Below, one piece after another: positions 16,350 to 26,346 of a stretch of 64,000 nucleotides of DNA. Each line of letters begins with the position of its first letter. Position 1 is the stretch's first letter. Source of the stretch: Pseudomonas aeruginosa PAO1 (GTDB lineage: Bacteria > Pseudomonadota > Gammaproteobacteria > Pseudomonadales > Pseudomonadaceae); NCBI RefSeq assembly GCF_000006765.1, contig NC_002516.2. The stretch is one strand, 5' to 3'. A program made the translations under genes and the position numbers. Below the pieces are notes generated by a model that was not told the DNA's origin, did no database searches, and saw only the letters and a list, made by a program, of their open reading frames with translations.

Positions 16350-17369
16350 TCAATCGGCGACGTGGATCACCACCCGGCCACGCTTCGGACAGGTTTCCAT
16401 GTAGCGGTGCGCCTCGACCACCTGGTCGAACTCGAATACCCGGTCGACCACCGGCTTGAGCAGGCGATCGCGGGTCAGTTGCTCGATGTGCGCGAGGGCC
16501 TTGCTCACCGACTCGTCGTTGCGTTCCAGGCCCATCTCCGGATGACCGGTGAAATCCATCAGGCAGTGGCGGTAGAACTGCAGGTGCTTCTTGAACGCGG
16601 CGCAGGCCGGGAACGCCGACTCGTCGCCGCCGTTGCAGCCATACAGCACCAGCTTGCCGCGGGTGGCGGAGACATCGCCGAGCAGGGTCATCTGCGGGCC
16701 GCCCAATTCGTCGAGGATGACATTGACGCCCTTGCCCTCGGTGAAGCGCTCGACTTCCAGGACCAGGTCCTGCTCGTCGGTCACCACCACCTTGTCGGCG
16801 CCCTGCTCGCGGAGGAACTCGCGCTCCTCGGCGGACTTGGTGGAAGCGATCACCCGCGCGCCGAGAGCCTTGGCCAACTGGATCGAGACCGGCCCGTACA
16901 TGCGCGCCGCCTCGGTGATCAGCACGGTCTGCCCGGCCTTCAACCCGGCCAGGTCGACCAGGCCGAAATAGGCCACCAGCAGGCCGGTGTAGTAGACGCT
17001 GGCCTCCACCGGGGTGAGTACCTCGGGGTAGACCGCCAGGGCCGCGCGCGGCATCAGCACCACGTCGCCATAGGCCGGATAATGATCGGGGGTATGGGCG
17101 GGGAAACTGGCCACGCGGGAACCCAGCGGCAGGTCGCCGACGCCGGCGCCGACCGCCAGCACCTCGCCGGCCAGTTCGAAGCCGAGACCGGACGGCAGCG
17201 CAGCCTGCTCCGGGGCCAGGTTCTGACGCCAGAGCACATCCTTCCAGCTCACGCCGATCGCCTGGACACGCACCAGGACTTCCCCTGCGGCCGGCGCCGG
17301 GGTCGGCAGCTCTTCGCATTTGAGGACCTCTGGCGGGCCAAACTGATGAAAACGGATCACTCGGGACAT
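16350..17369 (-). CDS. mexS: MexS, zinc-independent quinone oxidoreductase family; PA2491
   Basis: MSRVIRFHQFGPPEVL, GFELAGEV, MDR fold; divergent from mexT; residue 249 is Asp (NGGDE). Confidence 0.95.
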   Translation of the reverse strand: MSRVIRFHQFGPPEVLKCEELPTPAPAAGEVLVRVQAIGVSWKDVLWRQNLAPEQAALPSGLGFELAGEVLAVGAGVGDLPLGSRVASFPAHTPDHYPAYGDVVLMPRAALAVYPEVLTPVEASVYYTGLLVAYFGLVDLAGLKAGQTVLITEAARMYGPVSIQLAKALGARVIASTKSAEEREFLREQGADKVVVTDEQDLVLEVERFTEGKGVNVILDELGGPQMTLLGDVSATRGKLVLYGCNGGDESAFPACAAFKKHLQFYRHCLMDFTGHPEMGLERNDESVSKALAHIEQLTRDRLLKPVVDRVFEFDQVVEAHRYMETCPKRGRVVIHVAD

Positions 17370-17589
17370 CGCAAACCTCTGCAGTGCATCACGGGGTGAA
17401 TAACCTCATGGGTTGTGACTGTATCCGCCCATGCCTGACAAAACCACCCGTCGTTATTGATAATGGCTATGCCTGTCAGTGATCCTATGCCCCTCCGGCA
17501 CCTCGCCAGGCCCCGCCCCGTCTCGCACGCAAGGCTTGACGGCGAGCCCCCGCGGTTGCAGCCTCTAGCCCCTGGAAACGAGGAACGCC

Positions 17590-18512
17590 ATGAACCGAAA
17601 CGACCTGCGCCGCGTCGATCTGAACCTGCTGATCGTGTTCGAGACCCTGATGCACGAACGCAGCGTGACCCGCGCCGCAGAGAAACTGTTCCTCGGCCAG
17701 CCGGCCAGCCGGCCATCAGCGCCGCGCTGTCGCGCCTGCGCACGCTGTTCGACGACCCGCTGTTCGTCCGTACCGGACGCAGCATGGAGCCCACCGCGCG
17801 AGCCCAGGAAATCTTCGCCCACCTGTCGCCGGCGCTGGATTCCATCTCCACCGCCATGAGTCGCGCCAGCGAGTTCGATCCGGCGACCAGCACCGCGGTG
17901 TTCCGCATCGGCCTTTCCGACGACGTCGAGTTCGGCCTGTTGCCGCCCCTGCTCCGCCGCCTGCGCGCGGAGGCGCCGGGGTTCGTCCTCGTCGTGCGCC
18001 GCGCCAACTATCTATTGATGCCGAACCTGCTGGCCTCGGGGGAGATCTCGGTGGGCGTCAGCTACACCGACGAACTGCCGGCCAACGCCAAGCGCAAGAC
18101 CGTGCGCCGCAGCAAGCCGAAGATCCTCCGCGCCGACTCCGCGCCCGGCCAGCTGACCCTCGACGACTATTGCGCGCGACCGCACGCGCTGGTGTCCTTC
18201 GCCGGCGACCTCAGCGGCTTCGTCGACGAGGAGCTGGAAAAATTCGGCCGCAAGCGCAAGGTGGTCCTGGCGGTGCCGCAGTTCAACGGCCTCGGCACCC
18301 TCCTGGCCGGCACCGACATCATCGCCACCGTGCCCGACTACGCCGCCCAGGCGCTGATCGCCGCCGGCGGCCTACGCGCCGAGGACCCACCGTTCGAGAC
18401 CCGGGCCTTCGAACTGTCGATGGCTTGGCGCGGCGCCCAGGACAACGATCCGGCCGAACGCTGGCTGCGCTCGCGGATCAGCATGTTCATCGGCGATCCG
18501 GACAGTCTCTGA
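17590..18512 (+). pseudogene. mexT: mexT LysR activator, frameshifted by an 8-bp duplication
   Basis: LysR HTH (MNRNDLRRVDLNLLIVFETLMHERSVTRAAEKLFLGQP) is in one frame and the continuation (QPAISAALSRLR...) in another. 923 bp = 915 + 8; removing one repeat unit gives 304 aa. GAGGA RBS before 17590. Confidence 0.95.
17694..17715 (+). repeat. Tandem 8-bp repeat CGGCCAGC x2 + CGGCCA
   Basis: Read directly at 17694-17701, 17702-17709 and 17710-17715. Confidence 0.95.
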
Positions 18513-18640
18513 GCCCTCCGGCAGCTACCCGCACGAGGCGTCGCAACGGGAAAATCGATCGCGCGCCGCGGGTGTGCGGCTTATTCCATCGAAAGCACTG
18601 TCCATAACCATCGACTGTTACAGAAAACGAAAAACCATGT

Positions 18641-18677
18641 ATCACTGTTCGTGATAATCAAAATCTCGTCGTTCGAT
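18641..18677 (+). promoter_or_regulatory. MexT nod-box upstream of mexE
   Basis: ATC-N9-GAT (18641-18655), N7, ATC-N9-GAT (18663-18677): canonical NodD-type arrangement. Confidence 0.75.
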
Positions 18678-18742
18678 TAGTTCCCTGCCGGAGCAGCCCG
18701 CAGACTTCGCCAATCCCGAAAAACCGACTGGCGGAGTCAAGC

Positions 18743-19987
18743 ATGGAACAGTCATCCCACTTCTCCTGGCGCTACCCCCTCGCACTCGCGGCCGTACTGG
18801 TCCTGAGCGCCTGCGGCAAGGCCCCGGAAACCACCCAAGGCATGGCGGCGCCCAAGGTCAGCGTCGCCGAAGTCATCGAACAACCGCTGAACGAGTGGGA
18901 CGAATTCACCGGCCGCCTGGAGGCCCCGGAGTCGGTGGAGCTGCGCCCGCGGGTGTCGGGCTACATCGACCGCGTGGCCTTCCATGAAGGCGCACTGGTG
19001 AAGAAAGGCGACCTGCTGTTCCAGATCGACCCGCGCCCGTTCGAGGCCGAGGTCAAGCGCCTCGAAGCCCAGCTGCAACAGGCCCGCGCGGCCCAGGCGC
19101 GGAGCGTCAACGAAGCCCAGCGCGGCGAACGCCTGCGCGCCAGCAACGCGATCTCCGCGGAACTCGCCGACGCCCGCACCACCGCCGCCCAGGAAGCCAA
19201 GGCGGCGGTCGCCGCGACCCAGGCGCAACTGGACGCGGCGCGCCTGAACCTGAGCTTCACCCGGATCACCGCGCCGATCGACGGTCGCGTCAGCCGCGCC
19301 GAGGTCACCGCCGGCAACCTGGTCAACTCCGGGGAGACCCTGCTCACCACCCTGGTCAGCACCGACAAGGTCTACGCCTACTTCGACGCCGACGAGCGCG
19401 TGTTCCTCAAGTACGTCGAGCTGGCCCGCCAGGCCGGTCGCGACACGCGCAGCGAGAGCCCGGTGTACCTCGGCCTGAGCAGCGAGGACGGCAACCCGCA
19501 CCTGGGCCGGCTGGACTTCCTCGACAACCAGGTCAACCCGCGTACCGGCACCATCCGCGGCCGCGCCGTGTTCGACAACGCCAAGGGCGAGTTCACCCCG
19601 GGCCTCTACGTGCGCCTGAAGCTGGTCGGCAGCAAGACCTACGCCGCCACCCTGATCAAGGACGAAGCGGTCGGCACCGACCTGGGCAAGAAGTTCGTGC
19701 TGGTCCTGGATGGCGACAACAAGACCGTCTACCGCACCGTCGAGATGGGACCGAAGCTGGAGGGCCTGCGCATCGTCCGCAGCGGCCTGAGCAAGGGCGA
19801 CCGGATCGTCGTGAATGGCCTGCAGCGGGTCCGCCCGGGCATGCAGGTGGATCCGCAGAAGGTCGAGATGGCCAGCGCCGACACCCTGGCCACCCTCGCG
19901 CGCCTGCGGCAGTCGGTCGGCGACAGCGAACCACCGAAGGTGGCGGCGTCCAAGGACAACGCCACTCGCAACGAGCCGCGCGGCTGA
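18743..19987 (+). CDS. mexE: RND membrane fusion lipoprotein MexE
   Basis: Lipobox VLSAC; VELRPRVSGYI, APIDGRV, NPRTGTI motifs; 414 aa. Confidence 0.97.
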   Translation: MEQSSHFSWRYPLALAAVLVLSACGKAPETTQGMAAPKVSVAEVIEQPLNEWDEFTGRLEAPESVELRPRVSGYIDRVAFHEGALVKKGDLLFQIDPRPFEAEVKRLEAQLQQARAAQARSVNEAQRGERLRASNAISAELADARTTAAQEAKAAVAATQAQLDAARLNLSFTRITAPIDGRVSRAEVTAGNLVNSGETLLTTLVSTDKVYAYFDADERVFLKYVELARQAGRDTRSESPVYLGLSSEDGNPHLGRLDFLDNQVNPRTGTIRGRAVFDNAKGEFTPGLYVRLKLVGSKTYAATLIKDEAVGTDLGKKFVLVLDGDNKTVYRTVEMGPKLEGLRIVRSGLSKGDRIVVNGLQRVRPGMQVDPQKVEMASADTLATLARLRQSVGDSEPPKVAASKDNATRNEPRG

Positions 19988-20008
19988 GCGCGGCGATAGG
20001 AAGAACCG

Positions 20009-23000
20009 ATGAATTTCTCCCAATTCTTCATCCAGCGGCCGATCTTCGCCGCGGTGCTGTCGCTGCTGATCCTGATTGGCGGCGCCATCTCCCTGTTCCA
20101 GCTACCCATCAGCGAATACCCGGAAGTGGTGCCGCCGACCGTCGTGGTCCGCGCCAACTTCCCCGGCGCCAACCCGAAAGTCATCGGCGAGACCGTCGCC
20201 TCTCCCCTTGAACAGGCGATCACCGGGGTGGAGAACATGCTCTACATGTCCTCCCAGTCGACCTCCGACGGCAAGCTGACCCTGACCATCACCTTCGCCC
20301 TCGGCACCGACCTGGACAACGCCCAGGTGCAGGTGCAGAACCGCGTCACCCGGACCGAGCCGAAGCTCCCGGAAGAAGTGACCCGGCTCGGCATCACCGT
20401 CGACAAGGCCTCGCCCGACCTGACCATGGTCGTGCACCTGACCTCGCCGGATAACCGCTACGACATGCTCTACCTGTCGAACTACGCGGTGCTCAACGTG
20501 AAGGACGAACTGGCCCGCCTCGACGGCGTCGGCGACGTCCAGTTGTTCGGCCTCGGCGACTATTCGCTGCGCGTCTGGCTGGACCCGAACAAGGTCGCCT
20601 CGCGCAACCTCACCGCCACCGACGTGGTCAACGCCATCCGCGAGCAGAACCGCCAGGTCGCCGCCGGCACCCTGGGCGCGCCGCCGGCGCCGAGCGATAC
20701 CAGCTTCCAGTTGTCGATCAACACCCAGGGTCGCCTGGTCACCGAGGAAGAGTTCGAGAACATCATCATCCGCGCCGGCGCCAACGGCGAGATCACCCGT
20801 CTGCGCGACATCGCCCGGGTCGAGCTGGGCTCCAACCAGTACGCCCTGCGTTCGCTGCTGAACAACAAGCCGGCGGTGGCGATCCCGATCTTCCAGCGTC
20901 CCGGCTCGAACGCCATCGAGATCTCCAACCTGGTGCGGGAGAAGATGGCCGAGCTGAAGCACAGCTTCCCGCAAGGCATGGACTACTCCATCGTCTACGA
21001 CCCGACCATCTTCGTCCGCGGCTCCATCGAGGCGGTGGTGCACACCCTGTTCGAAGCCCTGGTGCTGGTGGTGCTGGTGGTGATCCTGTTCCTGCAGACC
21101 TGGCGCGCCTCGATCATCCCGCTGGCCGCGGTGCCGGTGTCGCTGATCGGCACCTTCGCGGTGATGCACATGCTCGGCTTCTCGCTCAACGCGCTGTCGC
21201 TGTTCGGCCTGGTGCTGGCCATCGGCATCGTGGTGGACGACGCCATCGTGGTGGTGGAGAACGTCGAGCGCAACATCGGCCTCGGCCTCAAGCCGGTGGA
21301 AGCCACCAAGCGTGCCATGCGCGAGGTGACCGGGCCGATCATCGCCACGGCGCTGGTGCTCTGCGCGGTGTTCATCCCGACCGCGTTCATCTCCGGCCTC
21401 ACCGGGCAGTTCTACCGCCAGTTCGCCCTGACCATCGCGATCTCCACGGTGATCTCGGCGTTCAACTCGCTGACCCTGTCGCCAGCGCTGGCGGCGGTCC
21501 TGCTCAAGGGCCACCACGAGCCGAAGGACCGCTTCTCGGTGTTCCTCGACAAGCTCCTCGGCAGTTGGCTGTTCCGTCCGTTCAACCGTTTCTTCGACCG
21601 CGCCAGCCATGGCTACGTCGGCACGGTGAACCGGGTCCTGCGCGGCAGCTCGATCGCCCTGCTGGTCTACGGCGGACTGATGGTGCTGACCTACTTCGGC
21701 TTCTCCAGCACGCCGACCGGTTTCGTCCCGCAGCAGGACAAGCAGTACCTGGTGGCCTTCGCCCAGTTGCCCGACGCGGCCAGCCTGGACCGTACCGAGG
21801 CGGTGATCAAGCAGATGTCCGAGATCGCCCTGGCGCAGCCCGGCGTGGCGGACTCGGTGGCCTTCCCCGGCCTGTCGATCAACGGCTTCACCAACAGCCC
21901 GAACAGCGGCATCGTGTTCACCCCGCTGAAGCCGTTCGACGAGCGCAAGGACCCGAGCCAGTCGGCCGGGGCCATCGCCGCCGCGCTGAACGCCAAGTAC
22001 GCCGACATTCAGGACGCCTACATCGCGATCTTCCCGCCGCCGCCGGTACAGGGGCTGGGGACCATCGGCGGCTTCCGCCTGCAGATCGAGGACCGTGGCA
22101 ACCAGGGCTACGAGGAGCTGTTCAAGCAGACCCAGAACATCATCACCAAGGCCCGTGCGCTGCCTGAGCTGGAACCCAGCTCGGTGTTCTCCAGCTACCA
22201 GGTCAACGTGCCGCAGATCGACGCCGACATCGACCGCGAGAAGGCCAAGACCCACGGCGTGGCGATCAGCGACATCTTCGACACCCTGCAGGTCTACCTC
22301 GGCTCGCTGTACGCGAACGACTTCAACCGCTTCGGCCGTACCTATCAGGTCAACGTCCAGGCCGAGCAGCAGTTCCGCCTCGAACCCGAGCAGATCGGCC
22401 AGCTGAAGGTGCGCAACAACCTCGGCGAGATGGTCCCGCTGGCGTCCTTCATCAAGGTCAGCGACACCTCCGGTCCGGACCGTGTGATGCACTACAACGG
22501 CTTCATCACCGCCGAACTCAACGGCGCCCCGGCCGCGGGCTACAGCTCCGGCCAGGCGCAGGCGGCGATCGAGAAGCTGCTGAAGGAGGAACTGCCCAAC
22601 GGCATGACCTACGAGTGGACCGAGCTGACCTACCAGCAGATCCTCGCCGGCAATACCGCGCTGTTCGTCTTCCCGCTCTGCGTGCTGCTGGCCTTCCTCG
22701 TGCTGGCCGCCCAGTACGAGAGCTGGAGCCTACCGCTGGCGGTGATCCTGATCGTGCCGATGACCCTGCTGTCGGCGATCACCGGGGTGATCCTGGCCGG
22801 CAGCGACAACAACATCTTTACCCAGATCGGCCTGATCGTTCTGGTGGGGCTGGCGTGCAAGAACGCGATCCTGATCGTCGAGTTCGCCAAGGACAAGCAG
22901 GAGGAAGGCATGGACCGCGTCGCCGCGGTGCTGGAAGCCTGCCGCCTGCGCCTGCGGCCGATCCTGATGACGTCCATCGCCTTCATCATGGGTGTGGTGC

Positions 23001-23197
23001 CGCTGGTGATCTCCACCGGCGCCGGCGCCGAGATGCGCCATGCGATGGGCGTGGCGGTGTTCTCCGGGATGATCGGGGTGACCTTCTTCGGCCTGCTGCT
23101 GACGCCGGTGTTCTACGTCCTCATCCGCCGCTTCGTGGAGAACCGCGAAGCGCGCCGCGCCGCCAACGACAAAGGCCTGCCAGAGGTGCATGCATGA
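20009..23197 (+). CDS. mexF: RND transporter MexF
   Basis: HAE1 motifs [42 protein letters not shown]; 1062 aa. Confidence 0.97.
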   Translation: MNFSQFFIQRPIFAAVLSLLILIGGAISLFQLPISEYPEVVPPTVVVRANFPGANPKVIGETVASPLEQAITGVENMLYMSSQSTSDGKLTLTITFALGTDLDNAQVQVQNRVTRTEPKLPEEVTRLGITVDKASPDLTMVVHLTSPDNRYDMLYLSNYAVLNVKDELARLDGVGDVQLFGLGDYSLRVWLDPNKVASRNLTATDVVNAIREQNRQVAAGTLGAPPAPSDTSFQLSINTQGRLVTEEEFENIIIRAGANGEITRLRDIARVELGSNQYALRSLLNNKPAVAIPIFQRPGSNAIEISNLVREKMAELKHSFPQGMDYSIVYDPTIFVRGSIEAVVHTLFEALVLVVLVVILFLQTWRASIIPLAAVPVSLIGTFAVMHMLGFSLNALSLFGLVLAIGIVVDDAIVVVENVERNIGLGLKPVEATKRAMREVTGPIIATALVLCAVFIPTAFISGLTGQFYRQFALTIAISTVISAFNSLTLSPALAAVLLKGHHEPKDRFSVFLDKLLGSWLFRPFNRFFDRASHGYVGTVNRVLRGSSIALLVYGGLMVLTYFGFSSTPTGFVPQQDKQYLVAFAQLPDAASLDRTEAVIKQMSEIALAQPGVADSVAFPGLSINGFTNSPNSGIVFTPLKPFDERKDPSQSAGAIAAALNAKYADIQDAYIAIFPPPPVQGLGTIGGFRLQIEDRGNQGYEELFKQTQNIITKARALPELEPSSVFSSYQVNVPQIDADIDREKAKTHGVAISDIFDTLQVYLGSLYANDFNRFGRTYQVNVQAEQQFRLEPEQIGQLKVRNNLGEMVPLASFIKVSDTSGPDRVMHYNGFITAELNGAPAAGYSSGQAQAAIEKLLKEELPNGMTYEWTELTYQQILAGNTALFVFPLCVLLAFLVLAAQYESWSLPLAVILIVPMTLLSAITGVILAGSDNNIFTQIGLIVLVGLACKNAILIVEFAKDKQEEGMDRVAAVLEACRLRLRPILMTSIAFIMGVVPLVISTGAGAEMRHAMGVAVFSGMIGVTFFGLLLTPVFYVLIRRFVENREARRAANDKGLPEVHA

Positions 23198-24612
23198 TTC
23201 ACGCGCAGTCGATCCGGAGCGGGCTCGCGTCCGCCCTGGGTCTGTTCAGTCTGCTGGCGCTCAGCGCCTGCACGGTGGGTCCGGACTACCGGACCCCCGA
23301 CACCGCGGCGGCGAAGATCGACGCCACGGCGAGCAAGCCCTACGACCGCAGCCGCTTCGAAAGCCTGTGGTGGAAACAGTTCGACGATCCGACCCTGAAC
23401 CAGTTGGTCGAACAGTCGCTGAGCGGCAACCGCGACCTGCGCGTGGCCTTCGCCCGCCTGCGCGCCGCCCGCGCCCTGCGCGACGACGTGGCCAACGATC
23501 GCTTCCCGGTGGTCACCAGCCGCGCCAGCGCCGACATCGGCAAGGGCCAGCAACCGGGAGTGACCGAGGACCGGGTCAACAGCGAGCGCTACGACCTTGG
23601 CCTGGATAGCGCCTGGGAGCTTGACCTGTTCGGGCGCATCCGCCGTCAGCTGGAGTCCAGCGACGCCCTCAGCGAAGCGGCCGAGGCCGACCTGCAGCAA
23701 CTGCAGGTCAGCCTGATCGCCGAGCTGGTGGACGCCTACGGCCAACTGCGCGGCGCGCAACTGCGCGAGAAGATTGCCCTGAGCAACCTGGAGAACCAGA
23801 AGGAGTCGCGCCAGCTCACCGAGCAACTGCGCGACGCCGGGGTCGGTGCCGAACTCGACGTACTGCGCGCCGATGCGCGCCTGGCGGCCACCGCCGCCAG
23901 CGTGCCGCAACTGCAGGCGGAAGCCGAGCGCGCCAGGCACCGTATCGCCACCCTCCTCGGCCAACGGCCGGAAGAGTTGACAGTGGACCTTTCGCCGCGC
24001 GACCTGCCGGCGATCACCAAGGCCCTGCCGATCGGCGATCCCGGCGAACTGCTGCGCCGCCGGCCGGACATCCGCGCCGCCGAACGGCGCCTGGCCGCCA
24101 GCACCGCCGACGTCGGCGTGGCCACCGCCGACCTGTTCCCGCGGGTCAGCCTCAGCGGCTTCCTCGGCTTCACCGCCGGGCGGGGCTCGCAGATCGGCTC
24201 AAGCGCCGCCCGCGCCTGGAGCGTCGGCCCGAGCATCAGTTGGGCCGCCTTCGACCTCGGCAGCGTGCGTGCCCGCCTGCGCGGCGCCAAGGCCGACGCC
24301 GACGCCGCGCTGGCCAGCTACGAACAGCAGGTGCTGCTGGCCCTGGAAGAATCGGCGAATGCCTTCAGCGACTATGGCAAGCGCCAGGAGCGCCTGGTCT
24401 CGCTGGTCCGCCAGTCGGAAGCCAGCCGCGCCGCCGCGCAACAGGCGGCGATCCGCTACCGCGAAGGCACCACCGATTTCCTGGTGCTGCTGGACGCCGA
24501 ACGCGAGCAACTCTCCGCCGAAGATGCCCAGGCCCAGGCCGAGGTCGAGCTGTACCGCGGCATCGTGGCGATCTACCGCTCCCTCGGCGGTGGCTGGCAA
24601 CCCAGCGCCTGA
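23194..24612 (+). CDS. oprN: Outer-membrane factor OprN
   Basis: ATGA overlap with mexF; lipobox LSACTVGPDY; WELDLFG, RRPDIRAAE; 472 aa. Confidence 0.97.
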   Translation: MIHAQSIRSGLASALGLFSLLALSACTVGPDYRTPDTAAAKIDATASKPYDRSRFESLWWKQFDDPTLNQLVEQSLSGNRDLRVAFARLRAARALRDDVANDRFPVVTSRASADIGKGQQPGVTEDRVNSERYDLGLDSAWELDLFGRIRRQLESSDALSEAAEADLQQLQVSLIAELVDAYGQLRGAQLREKIALSNLENQKESRQLTEQLRDAGVGAELDVLRADARLAATAASVPQLQAEAERARHRIATLLGQRPEELTVDLSPRDLPAITKALPIGDPGELLRRRPDIRAAERRLAASTADVGVATADLFPRVSLSGFLGFTAGRGSQIGSSAARAWSVGPSISWAAFDLGSVRARLRGAKADADAALASYEQQVLLALEESANAFSDYGKRQERLVSLVRQSEASRAAAQQAAIRYREGTTDFLVLLDAEREQLSAEDAQAQAEVELYRGIVAIYRSLGGGWQPSA

Positions 24613-24649
24613 ACCGGCTATCCCCCGGCCGATGGAAATCGGCCACTCC

Positions 24650-24688
24650 AGCCCCGCGATTGCAGCTCCTGGTCGCGGGGCTTTTTTA
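24650..24688 (+). terminator. Intrinsic terminator of mexEF-oprN
   Basis: AGCCCCGCGA ... TCGCGGGGCT stem followed by a T-tract. Confidence 0.85.
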
Positions 24689-24766
24689 TGCGCAGCGCGG
24701 GGGCTCGGTCGAGCCCCACGTCGTTTCTCGGCGATGGCGTAGAGGCTCGGCGGCCATTGCCGCGGG

Positions 24767-25282
24767 CTATTCCCGCCGCTCCGGCTGCGCGGAGTGGATA
24801 TACAGGGTGTAGGTATCCGCCGGCCGGGGCGCGCCCGCCAGGTCGAGGGCATGACCGATGGCGCCGCGATGGTAGGTGCCATGGTTGACGATATGGAAGA
24901 GGATCTCCTGGCGCGTCATGCCGCCGTCGCGGCCATCGGCGAAGCGGAAGCGCAGCCATTCGCCGCGACGCTCCAGCGGCAGCTCGGCGACATAGCCGGC
25001 GAACCAGGCGGCCGAATCCTCCAGCCGGCGACGCAGGACGTCGTAGCCAGGCACCACCTCGCTGTTGGTCTGTTGGTGGGGCGCCGGCTCGCCCAGCAGG
25101 CGCGCCCTGAACAGTTCCTCGACGATCGCCATGTGATTGAGCTGTTGCAAGGCGAAGGCCAGCGAGGCCGGGAACGCCTCGGCGTCGATCCGGGCGATGG
25201 CATCGAGGGTGCGGCGGTCGGACCAGGCCTTGTAGTTGAAGGACTCGACCAGCAGGTCGACTTGCAGGGTGGGTCGGGACAT
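24767..25282 (-). CDS. DinB/YfiT-family metalloprotein; PA2496
   Basis: LNHMAIVE and FHIVNHGTYHRG His triad of the DinB superfamily; start chosen at MSRPTLQ. Confidence 0.85.
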   Translation of the reverse strand: MSRPTLQVDLLVESFNYKAWSDRRTLDAIARIDAEAFPASLAFALQQLNHMAIVEELFRARLLGEPAPHQQTNSEVVPGYDVLRRRLEDSAAWFAGYVAELPLERRGEWLRFRFADGRDGGMTRQEILFHIVNHGTYHRGAIGHALDLAGAPRPADTYTLYIHSAQPERRE

Positions 25283-25340
25283 GTGGCGGGCTTCCGTGTC
25301 CATTCGCTGAGGGAGCCGGATCATAGCCCGGAGACAGCGC

Positions 25341-26219
25341 TCAGCGCTCGCCCTGCAACCCTTCCAGGCGTGCATCGCAGAGGTCGCGCAGGCGGTCGCG
25401 GAGGGTGCGCCCGGCGCTGTCCAGCTCGGGCCGCGCGTAGAGCGCCAGCTCCAGGCCAGCGATGGGCGGGAAGCCGGCCTGCGCGCCAAGCAGGCGATGC
25501 TCGGGCCCGACGCAGCCCAGCGGCAGCAGGCTGACCCCCAGTCCGGCGCCGACCGCGGCCACCAGGCTGGCCAGGCTGGCGCTGGAATAGCCGATGCGCC
25601 AGCGACGCCCGATGCTCTCCAGGGCATGGATCATCTCCTGGCGATACAGCGCGCCGACCGGGAACACCACCAGCGGCACCGGCTCCTCCGGCGAACCCTC
25701 GCCGAACGGCCGCGCGGCGCTGCCGAACCAGCCCAGCGGCTCGGCCCAGCGTGCATGGCAGTCGCTGTCGGCCCCCCACTGCTTGACCAGCAGCAGGTCC
25801 AGCTCGCCGCTGCGATAGAGGCGCAGCAGGTGATGGCTGAGACCGCTCTCGACCTCCAGGCGCAGTCGCGGACGCTCTTCGGTGAAGCGCGTCAGCACCG
25901 GCATCAGCACTTCGCCGGCGAGGTCTTCCGGCACGCCGAGGCGCAGCACGCCGTCGCCATGGGCCGGGCTGAGGGCCTCGCTGGCCTCGTCCGAGAGCCG
26001 CAGCAGGCGCCGCGCGTAGCCAAGCAGACGCTCGCCTTCCTCGGTCGGCAAAACCTGCCGCTGGCTGCGGTCGAGCAGGCGGCAACCGAGGTTCTGTTCG
26101 AGGCGGATGACCTGCTGGCTGACGGTGGACTGGGTCAGGTGCAGGTGTTCGCCGGCGCGGGTGAAGTTGCCGGTGTCGACAACGCTGACGAAGGTACGGA
26201 GCAGGACCAGATCGAGCAT
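25341..26219 (-). CDS. LysR-family regulator; PA2497
   Basis: LLRTFVSVVDTGNFTRAGEHLHLTQSTVSQQVIRLEQ HTH; GGGAG RBS. Confidence 0.93.
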   Translation of the reverse strand: MLDLVLLRTFVSVVDTGNFTRAGEHLHLTQSTVSQQVIRLEQNLGCRLLDRSQRQVLPTEEGERLLGYARRLLRLSDEASEALSPAHGDGVLRLGVPEDLAGEVLMPVLTRFTEERPRLRLEVESGLSHHLLRLYRSGELDLLLVKQWGADSDCHARWAEPLGWFGSAARPFGEGSPEEPVPLVVFPVGALYRQEMIHALESIGRRWRIGYSSASLASLVAAVGAGLGVSLLPLGCVGPEHRLLGAQAGFPPIAGLELALYARPELDSAGRTLRDRLRDLCDARLEGLQGER

Positions 26220-26239
26220 GCACACTCCCACTGAAAGGC

Positions 26240-26254
26240 ATTACATCATTTAAT
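26240..26254. promoter_or_regulatory. LysR recognition site (T-N11-A) between PA2497 and the ankyrin operon
   Basis: ATTA-CATCATT-TAAT dyad in the divergent intergenic region. Confidence 0.55.
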
Positions 26255-26346
26255 TTCAGCATACATGACCTCGACGCCATACTTTTCGCCAACGCCTATC
26301 GGAGCCCATCGACATGTCCCTGGCCAATCTATGCAGGAGCGGAGCC

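Noticed and set aside
17457-17693. N-terminal extension giving a 347/351-aa MexT
   Set aside because: Lacks the LysR HTH, which is in the 17590 frame; the long ORF exists only because of the 8-bp duplication.
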